Of a stretch of 64,000 nt of DNA, positions 51,337 to 64,000 are shown in pieces (position 1 is the stretch's first letter; each line of letters starts with the position of its first letter). A program made the position numbers and the translations under genes. Below the pieces are notes generated by a model. The model had not been told where the DNA came from, did not search any database, and saw nothing but the letters and a program-made list of their open reading frames with translations. Origin of the DNA: Lytechinus pictus (lineage: Eukaryota); assembly GCF_037042905.1 (NCBI RefSeq), contig NC_087245.1, positions 9,240,001-9,304,000 on the forward strand, written 5' to 3'.

Positions 51337-51372
51337 GGTCAATCGGATCGGGGTCGCCCTAGCCACTAACCC

Positions 51373-51444
51373 GTCTCTGTGGTCTAGTGGTTAAGGCACT
51401 GGCGTTCAAAGCTGGGGGCCCGGGTTCGATTCCCGGCAGAGACA
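51373..51444 (+). tRNA. tRNA-like gene with anticodon TCA (opal-suppressor-like; tRNA-Glu-like scaffold), followed by T6
   Basis: Acceptor GTCTCTG/CAGAGAC; D stem GTCT/AGGC; anticodon stem CTGGC/GCTGG with loop GTTCAAA; 4-nt variable loop; T stem CCGGG-TTCGATT-CCCGG; discriminator A; TTTTTT at 51445-51450. May be repeat-borne and non-functional. Confidence 0.65.
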
Positions 51445-52498
51445 TTTTTTCGGCATCACCAATTTTTCCAAAGGGTAGATAGCTCTGGGGAACCTTGATT
51501 TAAGCTACGCCTACCATTGTTCTCTTCATCCATTTCTTTACAATATATATATTTCAGCCCATGTCAGCACCTCCACTGAAAAAATCCTTCCCAGGGCCCT
51601 GCCAGGGAGGTCCCCAGAAGCAGGTCATTACAAACTCACAAATGAAGATTCAGAGATTGACATTGTCAGTTTGGGACAATATTAAAATATATCTATATTG
51701 TTGACGTTGGTATTTGCAAGAAGGGTGTGAAAAGAAGGAAAATGTGAACAAAGAACCGAAAATAATGTTATTCAAGCGAATAGCAGAGGAAACGAAAGAA
51801 TAATAAGTCACAGATGTAGAGAGAGAGAGAGAGAAAGAAAGGAAGAAAGGGAGAGTAGTTGAGTGGCTTACGGTTTAGTGGTACTAAGCCTGTCATTCCC
51901 GCCTGCTCCTTCCCATTGTAACCACGATAACAGCCTGCTAACAACAAAACCTCAGCAGCTGTCTGAGTATAGATGTCATTAGAATTATGGTTTTAGACAA
52001 ATCTCCCTTAATCTCGAAGGAAATTTACCTGCTACCTGTGCGTAAGGGATCCTAAATGGGGCTGGTGTCACACTCCCAATCATCAACCCTATAATATACG
52101 TAAAATTTTCTTTCAATTGTATGGAATCATAAGGCCTTAGACCGATATGCGAATTTTCATCAACTGCAAAGTGAGGGTCTTTTTAACTATGCGCTGATAT
52201 GCAAGAGCACATAGTTTGGGACTGTTCGCAATGGGATCAGGTACGTCCTCAGTCTGCAATGTGTCCTTGGTTCAAATGTGAAGTTCGTGTGGGTGTGTGT
52301 AGGGCGTGGGGGTGACCTCCCTTTTACCAGTGTGTGTGCCTTCACACCTCACATACACTCACATGTATTTCACAGGTCTACCAATTCTTCATTTTAATTT
52401 TGATTGTGTAAGGAGCATCAAGGAACAATGATTATGAATGTGCAGAATTTTAATTGTTCGGTGGGGGGAATCCATTGAGCGTGACCTCTCCATCAAAA

Positions 52499-53190
52499 GG
52501 CCCCCTCACACCTAACCGAATTGCCTGAAATATGCCTTGCGATGGCTGGCGAAAGGCATTTATTAAGAAATCGCTTTCAATGGTGACTGATAGTAAATCA
52601 TATTTGCCCTTCGTGTTTGGGTTCGTACACCTTCTGAATTAACAGCTGCAATTATTCAAATTCGCGCGGAAATTTTGAACATGTTTAATATTTCCGACGA
52701 ATTGAGAAATCGTTGGTCATCTGTTTGAATTCGCATCTCTTATTTAGTCTGCGGTAATCGTTAGTTTATCGTTCGTGTTTTATTATCGCGCATAGTCCCT
52801 CATCGCGCTTTTGCCAAAGTGGACCGATCTCGAAAGAACCCGTAACGAAGCAACACGATGACACAACGAACAAGATTGCCCGATCTATTCCCTCGTCTTC
52901 GTTTCTAATCGCACGCCATATCAAACCATTGCTCACTGTTCGTTCGTCTTATTGGGTTATATCAACCCTACGCTGGCCTTCGGCCGCAATTTTCTCAAAA
53001 AGGTGAACCGAAAAATCGATATCCTTCGCATGTCATAATTATCCTTCGCTTACCGTTCGTTGATAAAATTTGACAAGAGTTACTGATCGCATGATTTGAC
53101 TGAAATTTTATTTGAATTCGCGTGCATTTCGTTAATTTTTCCCATTCGTCACCCTTCGTCCGCCTACTTTCGGTCAGGTGTGAGGGGGCT
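52499..53190. mobile_element. PIF/Harbinger-like MITE (older)
   Basis: TIRs GCCCCCTCACACCTAACCGAA / TTCGGTCAGGTGTGAGGGGGC; flanks AAA and TAA. Confidence 0.75.
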
Positions 53191-55189
53191 TAAAATGAAG
53201 TGTTACGCAGAGCTGTAAAGGCAGAACATTAGTTTTAAAAGCTTTCACATCTATTTGTAATTGATAGGAATACAGTGTCCTTGAATGACATTTGTTATAC
53301 TGTTCAGCTAGACCTATGATTTTTATGGGCCATGGATTAAGACGAATTGCGTCATGATGAGGGTATCATTAAATTATGAAAGTGATATATAAGAAAGATA
53401 TCGGGTTGGTTTTAACTGAGAACAGTTATGGGGTCACGTAAATAACAGGATGCATTTATGATATTTTTACGGTGCAACAGTAAATTATAATGGTCTTATT
53501 TATTTTAATACATGACAGTAGCTTTTATGGGATACTAGACATTTTTAACACTGGGTTTGAAATTATCACAATAACTGTTAAACCATTCGTCTGTACTGTG
53601 TGCCCGTCCGCTTTTCAAGTCTTGAATAATGTGATGTTTTAGGGCTATTTCAAAAGTGCCAACTCCCGGCATATGAAATGTCTATGAGGAATATACATTT
53701 TATTCAATTTACTTCTAAGTATTTCGAAATTCTTAACGCACACCTTACCAAATATATTGGACATAAAGTTTATGATACTGACATGATTTCCAAGCAAAAT
53801 TACTTGATGAAATATGATAACCCAACACGATTAACATGGTACATTAATATAGAGTACATTATATATTTCTAGTTGGTTTTTAGATTTTCTATGAAATAAG
53901 GAAAGATAATTAATCTTTTTGTTACGATCAAGACTGTTACAGAATAGAGCACCCGATACGAAAAAAGATATTGTTAACCTATAGTATTTTAGTTGGAGGC
54001 GCATCCCTAGAATACACCAAACTATTTGAAATTTAAGTGCGGTCATCTTTTCATTTTATTCATTTACATTTACAGTATGTTTTTTTTCCTTACATCTTGA
54101 TATATAATCATGAAATCAAGGAAATGTTATATTACAATAATGTATATAACTATTAAAACAGAATAGAAAAGGAGGAGGCTGCTAAAAGCGGAGCTTGTAG
54201 AGTTCAGCCTCCTATGTTACACTTTGCTCTTTTTTAACACCTGGATCCATTCATCAGTAACTTAACAGTCGAGTATAATTCTTATCCAAATGAACTTACA
54301 AAGTCTACAAACTTTACTTTGCAGTTTTCCATAAATTAAATTTCGGGAAATAGCGTTGAAAAAGGACAGACTGTAGTTTTTCGTCATGCACTAATCAGAT
54401 TAAAATCACACGAATGAACAGAACGCTATTCAAAACAAAGCAATATCGAATTAAATTCATAATAAAATTATTAAAATGATTTAATAGGCAGACAACACAC
54501 CAGCCTATTGTCATTCTCATGCGTCCTTTGCTAAAAAATATTTCATGATTGTTTTGTACCTCCTGTCAGATTTTTTTAGGGGTACGTTTTTCAAGTTGTG
54601 GAACAAACAACCTTCTTGAATTGATTTGAATAACAAAATGATGTTCGTAGATTTTTCAACGAAATATTATTTTTGTATTCATCACTATTACTAAATATAC
54701 AATAAAGCACTATGCATTTCAAATAGCATTTTCATGTATATGTTCATTTCTACCATCAAACATAACATAATTAGCTCTTGCTATAATGTTCTTTTAGCAT
54801 GATTAGTTATATTTTCTTAGAAGAAAATGACATTATTACCGAATTCCAATTTTCTCCAATTGGGTATGTCCATTTAAATTGTCTGGTCAATATAAACTAA
54901 TGACTTCTTCTGAGAAGATATTGTAATTTCCGAATCTCATAATTATATATTTCAATTATATACATGTTAAGTACATGTAGTAGGTGAAGGTTGCAATAAT
55001 CAAATAACAACCAGGACGGCATACATACTGGTTATATTTTTATCACGTTTCATGATGTATGGAAACCAAGTATAATGATCATTCTGAAAAATTATTATAT
55101 AATAACCAACAATCCACGGATCATGACGTGTGTCATTATATTTGAATTGATCGTGGCAGTTGATGAAGATGTATGTCTATTGAATAATG

Positions 55190-57720
55190 ACAATAACAAT
55201 GGAATAATTTACTACGACATTTCAGACCATTTATCCATATTCACAATTTGTAAAGATAATAGACATTTACAAAACAACAAAATATAGAAAATATTACCCG
55301 ATGAAAAGAGACTAAACGTAACATAGAAACTTTTAAAACTGATTTGAGTGCATATGATGTATTTTTAAATTTACTATGATAAAAATGTACCTCTGATAAG
55401 AATTAAACTAACTAAAAAGAAGAATAAACAACCATGGATCACTCAAGGCATTATTAAATCAATACTCACTCGTAATAGATTATATAAAATATCACTAAAA
55501 TCACCTACTCAAGAACATAAAAACAAATACAAAAAATATCGTAATAGATTAACGTCAATAATCCGTTTGGCACGCAAATCGTACTTTTCGAACAAAATTG
55601 AAAATATTAAAGATAATAATAAAACATTATGGCACACAGTAGACGAAATGTTAGGTAAGAAAACGTATGATCTTAACAATGTTGATTTCCTTCTAAACGG
55701 ACACACAACGAAAAACCCCTCCGAAATTGCTGAAGCATTTAATTCTTTTTTCTCCAAGTTGGTCCTAACCTTGCATCTAGCATTGTGACTAATACCAACA
55801 ACTTTTCTACATATTTACATAACAATGCCGAACATTCTTTATTTTTTAATCCTTCTAATCTTCATGAAATTTTAGAAATCGTCCAATCCTTGAAATCTAC
55901 TAAATCTTGTGGCCATGATGGTATCAGTGTACATTTACTAAAACAAATTATTCATTTTGTGGCTTCTCCCCTTGTGCATATTTTCAATTTATCTCTTTTA
56001 AAGGGAATTTTCCCGGATCAACTCAAACTTGCAAAAATAATCCCCATATACAAAAAAAGAAGACCCTTGCCAAATTGCTAACTACCGCCCTATTTCATTA
56101 CTACCAAGCATATCCAAAATACTTGAAAAAAATTGTTTATAAACGACTATATTCTTTTCTGGACACAAACCAATTATTAATTCCCAACCAATACGGCTTT
56201 AGGAAAAATCACTGAAGTGACTATGCAATCTTACAATTATATGATAAAATAACAGATTCACTTTCCAAAAAAGAGCACACCGTTGGGGTTTTCATGGATC
56301 TATGGAAGGCATTCGATACCATTAATCATCATATATTGTTGTGTAAATTAAAGACATATGGAATTAGAGGAATCGTACTTTCTTGGTTTAAAGACTATTT
56401 AAATAATAGACGTCAATTTGTTAATTTTACACCCAAATCATCTAATACATGTCCCGTTAAATGTGGAGAACCTCAGGGTTCAATCCTAGGCCCCTTATTA
56501 TTTTTAATCTATATGAATGATATTGTAAATGCATCACCTTTACTTACATATGTTTTATTCGCAGACGACACTTACATATTTTATTCACATCAGAACTTAA
56601 AAATTCTTGTCGCAACTCTAAATCAAGAATTAAAAAAATATCATTAGGGTTAAAATCAAATAGACTCTCCCTTTACATAAATAAAACAAACTTCATGTAC
56701 TTTAAACATATTAATTCTAAACACGTGTTTCGCGATATCATTTATCGAAAAACAGGAAACAAAATTTTTAGGTGTATTGATCGATTCTAACGTAACATGG
56801 AGTAGTCACATTCGTAATATTAGCATGATGATTGCAAGGGCCATAGGCATTTTGTACAAATTGAAATATTATCTCAAAGATCATTACTAATGCTTTATAA
56901 CTCCTTTATTTTGTCACACGTTTCTTACTGTAACATAGCATGGGGAAATAGTAACAAAATAAAAATAGACTCGATATTACGCCTTCAAAAGAAAGCTCTT
57001 CGTATTTGTTTTCACTCTCATTATCTCGCCCATACTGATCCAATATTTCATTATTTTAAGACATTAAAAATTTACGATATTCACACTTATCAAACTGCCA
57101 TTTTCATGTATAAATTTTCCAACAACACTATTCCAGCATCCTTCCGTAATATTTTTGTTTACAACAGAGACATTCATTCATACCCTACACGACATTCATC
57201 TGACTTTCACCTAACAAATCCAAAAATAATAATTGCTCACAAAACAATACGTCATCACGGTCCTGAAGTTTGGAACACTTTGCCTAATAACATTAAACAA
57301 GCTACATCTCTTTTTTCCTTTAAAGCTTTGTTAAAGAGGTTTCTTGTATCAAAGTATTTGTAACAATCTCACCTGCACGTGCACCCACATCTGCACCCAC
57401 TTCACCTGACCTCTATACCCTCTCCCCTTTTTTTCTTAACATTCCAAATAATTATGTGACATCATTATTATAGATCCGTGAATTTTTCTGTACAATGGTT
57501 TTCATGTAGCCCCCTTCCTCTGGCTGCTATTCTCTCAAGCATTTTGCTTACGATAGCTGGCCACTGCATTTTATTTTATATATTATTGCTTACATGTATA
57601 TCTATGTAAATTATTCTATTATGTAATCGTCACAATTTGTAATTCTTTCATTTATTTTTGTATTTCTTTATATTCATTATGATTACTGTGTTTCATATAT
57701 TTTCAATAAATGCAGAAACA
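55190..57720 (+). mobile_element. Decayed non-LTR retrotransposon ORF2 (CR1/Crack/Daphne group) with 3' UTR
   Basis: End of APE domain ISDHLSIF; KSCGHDGI; FPDQLKLAKIIPIYKK; MDLWKAFDTINH; PQGSILGPLLFLIYMNDI; LFADDT; many frameshifts and stops; AATAAA near 57706. Confidence 0.93.
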
Positions 57721-60700
57721 CCTGCAAAAAAAGAGATGATTAAACTTTCTTATAAAATGCGTCGATAAGAGATTTATTCATAAAATGTTGTAAATATTAT
57801 AACATGATATTCCAACCATATAATTTAGTAATTAACTAATTCAATTTTGAATATGTATAAACATTTCCCAATTTTGAATCAAGCCACGTACTTAATCCTA
57901 TCCACTCTGGTCATCTTTCTTTTGTTAAAACTTTATTTTCAAGCGCTAACTAATCTGCAATGAAAAAAAAAACCACACAGTCTTTGTATAATTGAGATTT
58001 TATACATAATCCCTGTAACATGATATCATTCCTTTCCCATTATTAAGTTTTGATCATTTGCTTTTTTCTATATTTGTGATGATTATTAAACTAATATGAG
58101 CAGGCTTATGATTTAATAAGCTAATACAAAGTTTAATCTGAAAACTTATCCAGGATTTTGTGAGCTCATTTGATTTCGCCTTATCCCCGAAATACTAAAA
58201 GAAATGAACTGTTTAATCATTGTAATGATGACTTATGAATATGTTTGATTGGTGTGTCAGCTGTATACAATATTGATACCTTATCCCGTTGTAAAAACAA
58301 CTAACCACAGTATCATGAAGAGATTAATTTCTAACATTTTGTAAGAGGAAACGATCATTACAATGATTAGAAAAATTCAACTCGCATGAAGAGATTTCTA
58401 TGTATAACTATTGCGGTGGGGCGATAGTTTTGAATATAACCTACTCAGTTTTGAGGAAGACAAATAGAAAAAAGGGAAATATATTCCGGCCCATCGATTA
58501 AGCCTCCGTCTTTAATAATTTAATTGATGAACTCAAGATTAACATTGATTCACGTTAATCTTTTTACCAGCTAAGGTCCGCAGTTCCATTCCTTCATTTA
58601 CAATATAACATAAAGTTACCACTGCAGACTGTTTAAATGGTTCCGGTGCTTGGAGTAGAGACGATTCAAAATCTTAGGGACATTAAAAGAAACAAATTAT
58701 ATACACAATAGAATATAAGATTTCCATCCTAATAACTAAAGTAAACATTGATTATGTTTTTCAAATGACAACTTATAATAATCATTGTAACAATTATCGC
58801 ACATTTCCTAATCTTGTTTTTATTAAATGCCAGAGCTATGTTCCAGCCATTGATAAAGGGAACGACAATGTTCATGTAGCAAGTGGAATGTTCCTGCCAT
58901 TTGTTAGACCATGGGCATCAAAACCATGAAAACGGACTGATAGCCAAGCAAATATTCGTCAATGACTTCCAGGACGATTCCGGTTGTCACGAGAAAGGAA
59001 AAGGAGGATGAGTTCGATATCAGCCTCCTTTTCTTTTATAAAACAAAGGCGGTTCCCGTTCGATGTTTCCTCTGATTTTGGCTGTCTGCGTATTTGCTAT
59101 ATTCTCCATACGCTTCCCGCCTTTGCGAGATGTAACTGGATATTGATGCCTTAATCCCACCTTAATAGATTTCAAATTTTATTTTTTCAAACTTCGCGAA
59201 GAAGAAAGAATTGTCTGTTCCCATGACTATAAGAGTGTCATACTGTGGAGGCGGGTGACAGACTATGTGTCAGAATTGAGGGTCTTTTCCCAAGGCTATT
59301 GAGTTCAAAATGGTCATTTTAGTTTTCAGACTGAACGTTTGTGACAACTTTCAAAGCATTTCACCAATAGCAATATTGACTACACTATTTTCAACGTGGG
59401 AATGATGTGTCTTGTCTATATCTATCGTTTGGAATGATAAAACTAGAATATGTGTTCTCGTGATCTTTGATATAAATATATCGTCTCGATATTGAATTTG
59501 TTGATTAATTATCTGCTCACAAAACTACTTTTTTTTCTACACAATCGATTGATAAGCAATCTTAAATCCAATGGATAGCAGATAATGCACTAGTACAGTA
59601 ACGGTGTCTACCACTACAAACAATGCCGTTACGAAATTTCGTGGCTCTATGTGGGGGGAGGGGCAAACGACCCTCTCCCATATATGTTGCCATAAAGAAA
59701 ATCGAAATTTGAGGGTGACACTTCCCTGCACCCCCTAACGAAATTAAATTGGCATATATACCTTGGGGGAAATACTCATGACATATCAACAAAGGATGTA
59801 AATGTACAAAGCCCCTACTTATTTCATATAACATAATCCCCGTATATGACATAACATAACAAAAAAAATAAAGCAGAACAATGTATAAAAACAAAAGTGA
59901 TCATGATAACAAAGGAAATTTGGAGAAAAAAATTACTGCAAAATCAAGAAGGGTGAAATCCAGGGTTTCTATTGAAGCTACAGTTGTTAATGATTTTTTA
60001 TTAGAAATAAAAATGGGGAAGAGAACATCAAAGAGATGAAAACAAAGAAATTTACATAAAAGGGCGCTTGTAATGACACTAGTCTCCAAAGCACTTTGGC
60101 AACTATGTAAAATTAGCCAAAGTGGTTGGAGACTAGTATCATTGAACCATGAAATAGTTAGACCTCTTGATTATTATACCAAATGTCTATTAGACCGAAG
60201 TATAGTTCATCATTTGGTTATTGTATGAAATGGGTTAAATGGTGGATCAATAGGCGGGGCCATGATATTTCATAGGGGCAGGACATGCCAAAGGTGACGC
60301 CTTTCGATTTTTCTTTTTAAGTATACGCGTGCTACCCACCCCCCCCCCCCCACCCCGGCGGAAAATTTCTGCGTATACGGCCATGTATTGAATAATGATG
60401 ATGATAGGGGTGTTACAGAGGTAAATCACTTTCTCATATGCTCTTTCCCCTGTATTGTCTCCTCTCTTACCTTTTTTTTATTTTCACTACCTGAAAAATG
60501 AAGCGAGTACTATTGCTATTGTCCATCTTAGCACTTCCCCTGGATGGTCTAGATTGGTCTAGATGGGCACACACCACTAACTTTTTCCCCATAGACTCAT
60601 GTGTTAAAAATGAGATTTGAAAAAATCGCCAAAAATAAGTCTTAAAAATGACATCATCCACACCTTTATCGTTTGGTAGTTCATCTAATATCCTTCAAAC

Positions 60701-62744
60701 GCTAAAGATATGAAGAGGTGTTTTGCAGCATTTTTTCGCGCTACATGGGCTCAAAACCAAGACTACATGAAAACTTGGTTGCAGTCACAGTGCTCACAGG
60801 GTTTCTTGGGCAACTAATTAAGTTCCCATAAAATCCAGTATTGACAAATTACTGCTCTCCCATGGGACTGAACAGATTCAGTAGTAATCCCTCTTTGTGC
60901 CCATATGAAAAAAAAATTGTTCAGATATGCACCGTTGATTTTATATGAATATTTTTCTAACCATTACGTCATTTTACGGGTACGGGTCTAAAGGGGATTC
61001 CCGAAAAAATTGCCGGATCCTATTAGTGGTGTGCGTCCAGATGGTCATTGGACAAGTTACAATGGCAGTTGAGCCACTCGATTTATGGACCACAATGTCC
61101 CATTGGTTATAAGACCAAAGGAACAGGTATACACTTGGAGTACCTTCGTATGATCCAGAGTTGCCCAGTTCACGTTCTGGTTAAATAAATTGTTTCAACA
61201 ACGTCATATGTATTTTCTAAAAGATTCTGACTATTGTTATATAGCCAACAATAGTTTTTATACCCATCAGAGAAGGCCGACGTAAAACGAAAATCTAAGA
61301 ATAAATAGTAAAAGGGTAACATTCTCATTAATAATATGCACAAACAGTGATAGAAAATTCATATAGTCATAAATCTAAAGTTACAATTAATTTTCATTGT
61401 CTGTATCAACCAATATTTTTAGGCAAGGTATCATTTTCATGGTGACAATCTTGATGATTTTTATCATTACTCTTAATTTGACTTGTGCTGAATTTTCTAA
61501 TCACCCTTAAGTCCTCTGATTTATTAAGCTCGAGATCCCTCGTTGAAACTTCTTAATTTCCCGAAATGAAAAGAATAAATAGGAGAAATTATATTCATTT
61601 CAACATCTGGTAGAAATGGAATCTCCTTTCAAAGTCAGGCAATAGATGGAATTTGTAGAAAAGGAAACTAAACACAAATGTTTGGGGGAAAAGTGACTCT
61701 GCACATTCTATTAAGTTTCAAATTCTCATTTTCATTCTCTGTCTCGGATGTCTTGCTGGATGAAGAGCATAGTTTTGCAGGGACACTCCCGCTTACAATT
61801 TCATCCTAATTGCAGCAATGATTTGTGTATTCAAGGCAAACGTTGCCTTAATAAAAGCCAAATTTAGTTAAAATGTCGAGTTTGTGTAAGTAAAAACCGC
61901 GTTAGTTCTTTTCTCATGCTCGGGGCTTTGTATGAAGAAAAGACATCATGTATTGCCGCAGTGACCGTAGACGCCGTGTTTGCATGTGCACGTACCCATC
62001 TCGAATTTCCCGATGTTACGTTTCTCGCGCTAGAAATAAGCTCAATTTCTTAAATCGTCTGAAAAGGTTGGCGGTAGGCCTTCGTCTTCTCCTCCCTGCT
62101 CGCGGCAGAATTTTCCCCTCCACCTTTCGAGTGAGGCAAAAAAAAAGATCTAGCATGACTCATTATCCCGCTATTAATCCGCTTTTCTGTTTCAATTATT
62201 AGAGCTAGTATTACATACAACAGCGAATGTTAAGAGTTTTCTTTTCTGCTGTATATGCATTATTTTTTTATGAAGTTGTGAATATAGGCGTGTTATTTTT
62301 TATGAAGCAGCAGTTAGTGTTAAATTTTCCTCTCTATTACTCGAATTTCTATTCGGGAGAATAATGTCTACATTTCATCTACCCATGTTGTTTTTATTTT
62401 ATATAAGGTTTAAGTGAAGGGACATTGGCTAGATCTGTCAAGTTATCACAATTTCTATGATTATGATTAACGATAGATTTATATACTCAGCATTTATTGT
62501 ACATGATGACACTTGTGAGAAGATTCTTTGCAATGTTTTTCCTTCATTATGAATTTTTCTTTCCATTTTTAATAAAGCAGTGGTCTAGTTTCTAGTTAGG
62601 CTGTGTTGAATTGATATTCTTTTGGCTTTTTAAGTTTGTTGTGTGCTTGTTTGATTTTCACAGTTCTTGTTTATTTCATGCCTGTTTATAGCTGTATCAA
62701 CCTGTGAAAGAATAATTATTTTCCTCAAATATTTTATGTTATTC

Positions 62745-62880
62745 AGAGAAAGTGTTCCAGTGACATTTCGGTCCTCACTGAAAGTTGTCTTTCTGAAATT
62801 ATAAATATTTACGTTATGCAGAGAAAGTATTCCATTGTCATTTTGGTCCTCACTGGAAGACGTGAAAGTTGTCTTTCTGA
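62745..62880. repeat. Imperfect tandem duplication (~75-bp unit)
   Basis: cagagaaagt...ggtcctcactg...gaaagttgtctttctga occurs twice. Confidence 0.75.
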
Positions 62881-64000
62881 TTAATCATACTACATAATTA
62901 TGTTTTGAAATGACATTGGTATTGATTATTAAATGCCACTTTCGTGTATTGGCGAAGTAAGTTCTACTTAGTTAATATGTTAATGATACAATAAGATAAG
63001 TGTGATGTTTCAGAATTACACTCAGATGGTCTTGGACCTGCTTTTGAAATTACTCCCTACCATTTAAGATAATCTGGAGTTGAATGTGAACTGATATAAA
63101 TTACCGTTCTGTGTGAGTTGTACCCGTCAAACCGGTGTCACAAAGAAATATGATAGACGGTAGGAGAGACAATGGTTACCTATTTCTTTACGAAAGAAAT
63201 CAGGAGAGGGTCAAAATTTAAGATCAATGTGCATGACTTGACTTGGCGTCGAAAGTTGAGGTAACTCCCTAAAGAACCGTTCTTAAAAGCATCTCCGAGC
63301 TTTCAAAGTGATCTGATACAGTGATCGAAGGAAGAAGACAGGGAATGGGGATAAGCAGGGAAAGTTTGAACAAACGGAGTTGTGTACATACGAGCGAATT
63401 CGGGGAGCAATTCGTTACCCCCTTTTCTGGAGTCAAGAGGGTGCAGTTTCCCTCCCCGCGGGACCACCAGTCACCAGGAGTAGTCCTTGCTCGCACCCCT
63501 CTTAAGGAGCCGTGTCAATATAATCAGCGTCCCCCAGCACACAAACACACTTTCCATCATAGTCGATTTTCATCTATTCGTATCATTCTAAAAAAGCTCC
63601 AAATCCACCACTGCAATTTTAAATGAGAAATTCATGTAATCCTTACACCTGTTTACCAAAGTTTGTGGTGAGAAATCAGTGTAGCAATTGGAGTGCACCT
63701 CCTCGGTGAACACGACGAGGATTCTGCAATGTGCGAACATCATCAATGTTTGATCGATAAGTAGACCGTTCAAACACAAGAGCAATTTTAAATCTCACCC
63801 CGGTGCCCGGAAGCAAAGAGTTAAGTAGAAGAAAAAGAAACTCTCAGGCACATATTATGGAATCGATATTTTCTTTGCTCTTTCACTTTTTTTAATTTTT
63901 CATATTTAATCATATTTGTGTGGATTGATGGCAGGTAACACATGCAGAAATCCCGCTTTAAACTGCGTCTATGAAACGATAGTTTGGCTTTTGACAAACT

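Noticed and set aside
51373..51444. Selenocysteine tRNA gene
   Set aside because: It has a canonical 7/5 fold, a 4-nt variable loop and an A discriminator; it lacks the long variable arm and extended acceptor stem of tRNA-Sec.
62745..62880. Hammerhead-ribozyme-like motif (minus strand CAGTGAGGACCGAAA)
   Set aside because: The CUGANGA core and the three required helices could not be built; it is explained as a short tandem duplication.

Overview
This is AT-rich eukaryotic DNA, dense in repeats. The repeat types suggest a marine invertebrate deuterostome, probably a sea urchin, but that is an inference. I recognise no host protein-coding gene. Positions 1-7493 hold a young, apparently intact Ty3/Gypsy LTR retrotransposon on the minus strand, with near-identical LTRs, a tRNA-Leu(CAA) primer-binding site, gag, and pol joined by a -1 frameshift signal; its 3' LTR is cut by the window edge. 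The rest looks intergenic or intronic: two decayed CR1/L2-group LINEs, tRNA-derived SINEs, PIF/Harbinger-, hAT- and Kolobok-like MITEs, microsatellites and several CpG-richer unique blocks. The most unusual object is a ~290-bp module in a (CA)n/(TA)n tract at ~51.26-51.55 kb. It joins a 67-bp palindrome to a cleanly folding 72-nt tRNA with a UCA (opal-reading) anticodon and a T6 terminator. A paralogous site lacking the module lies 7.6 kb upstream.
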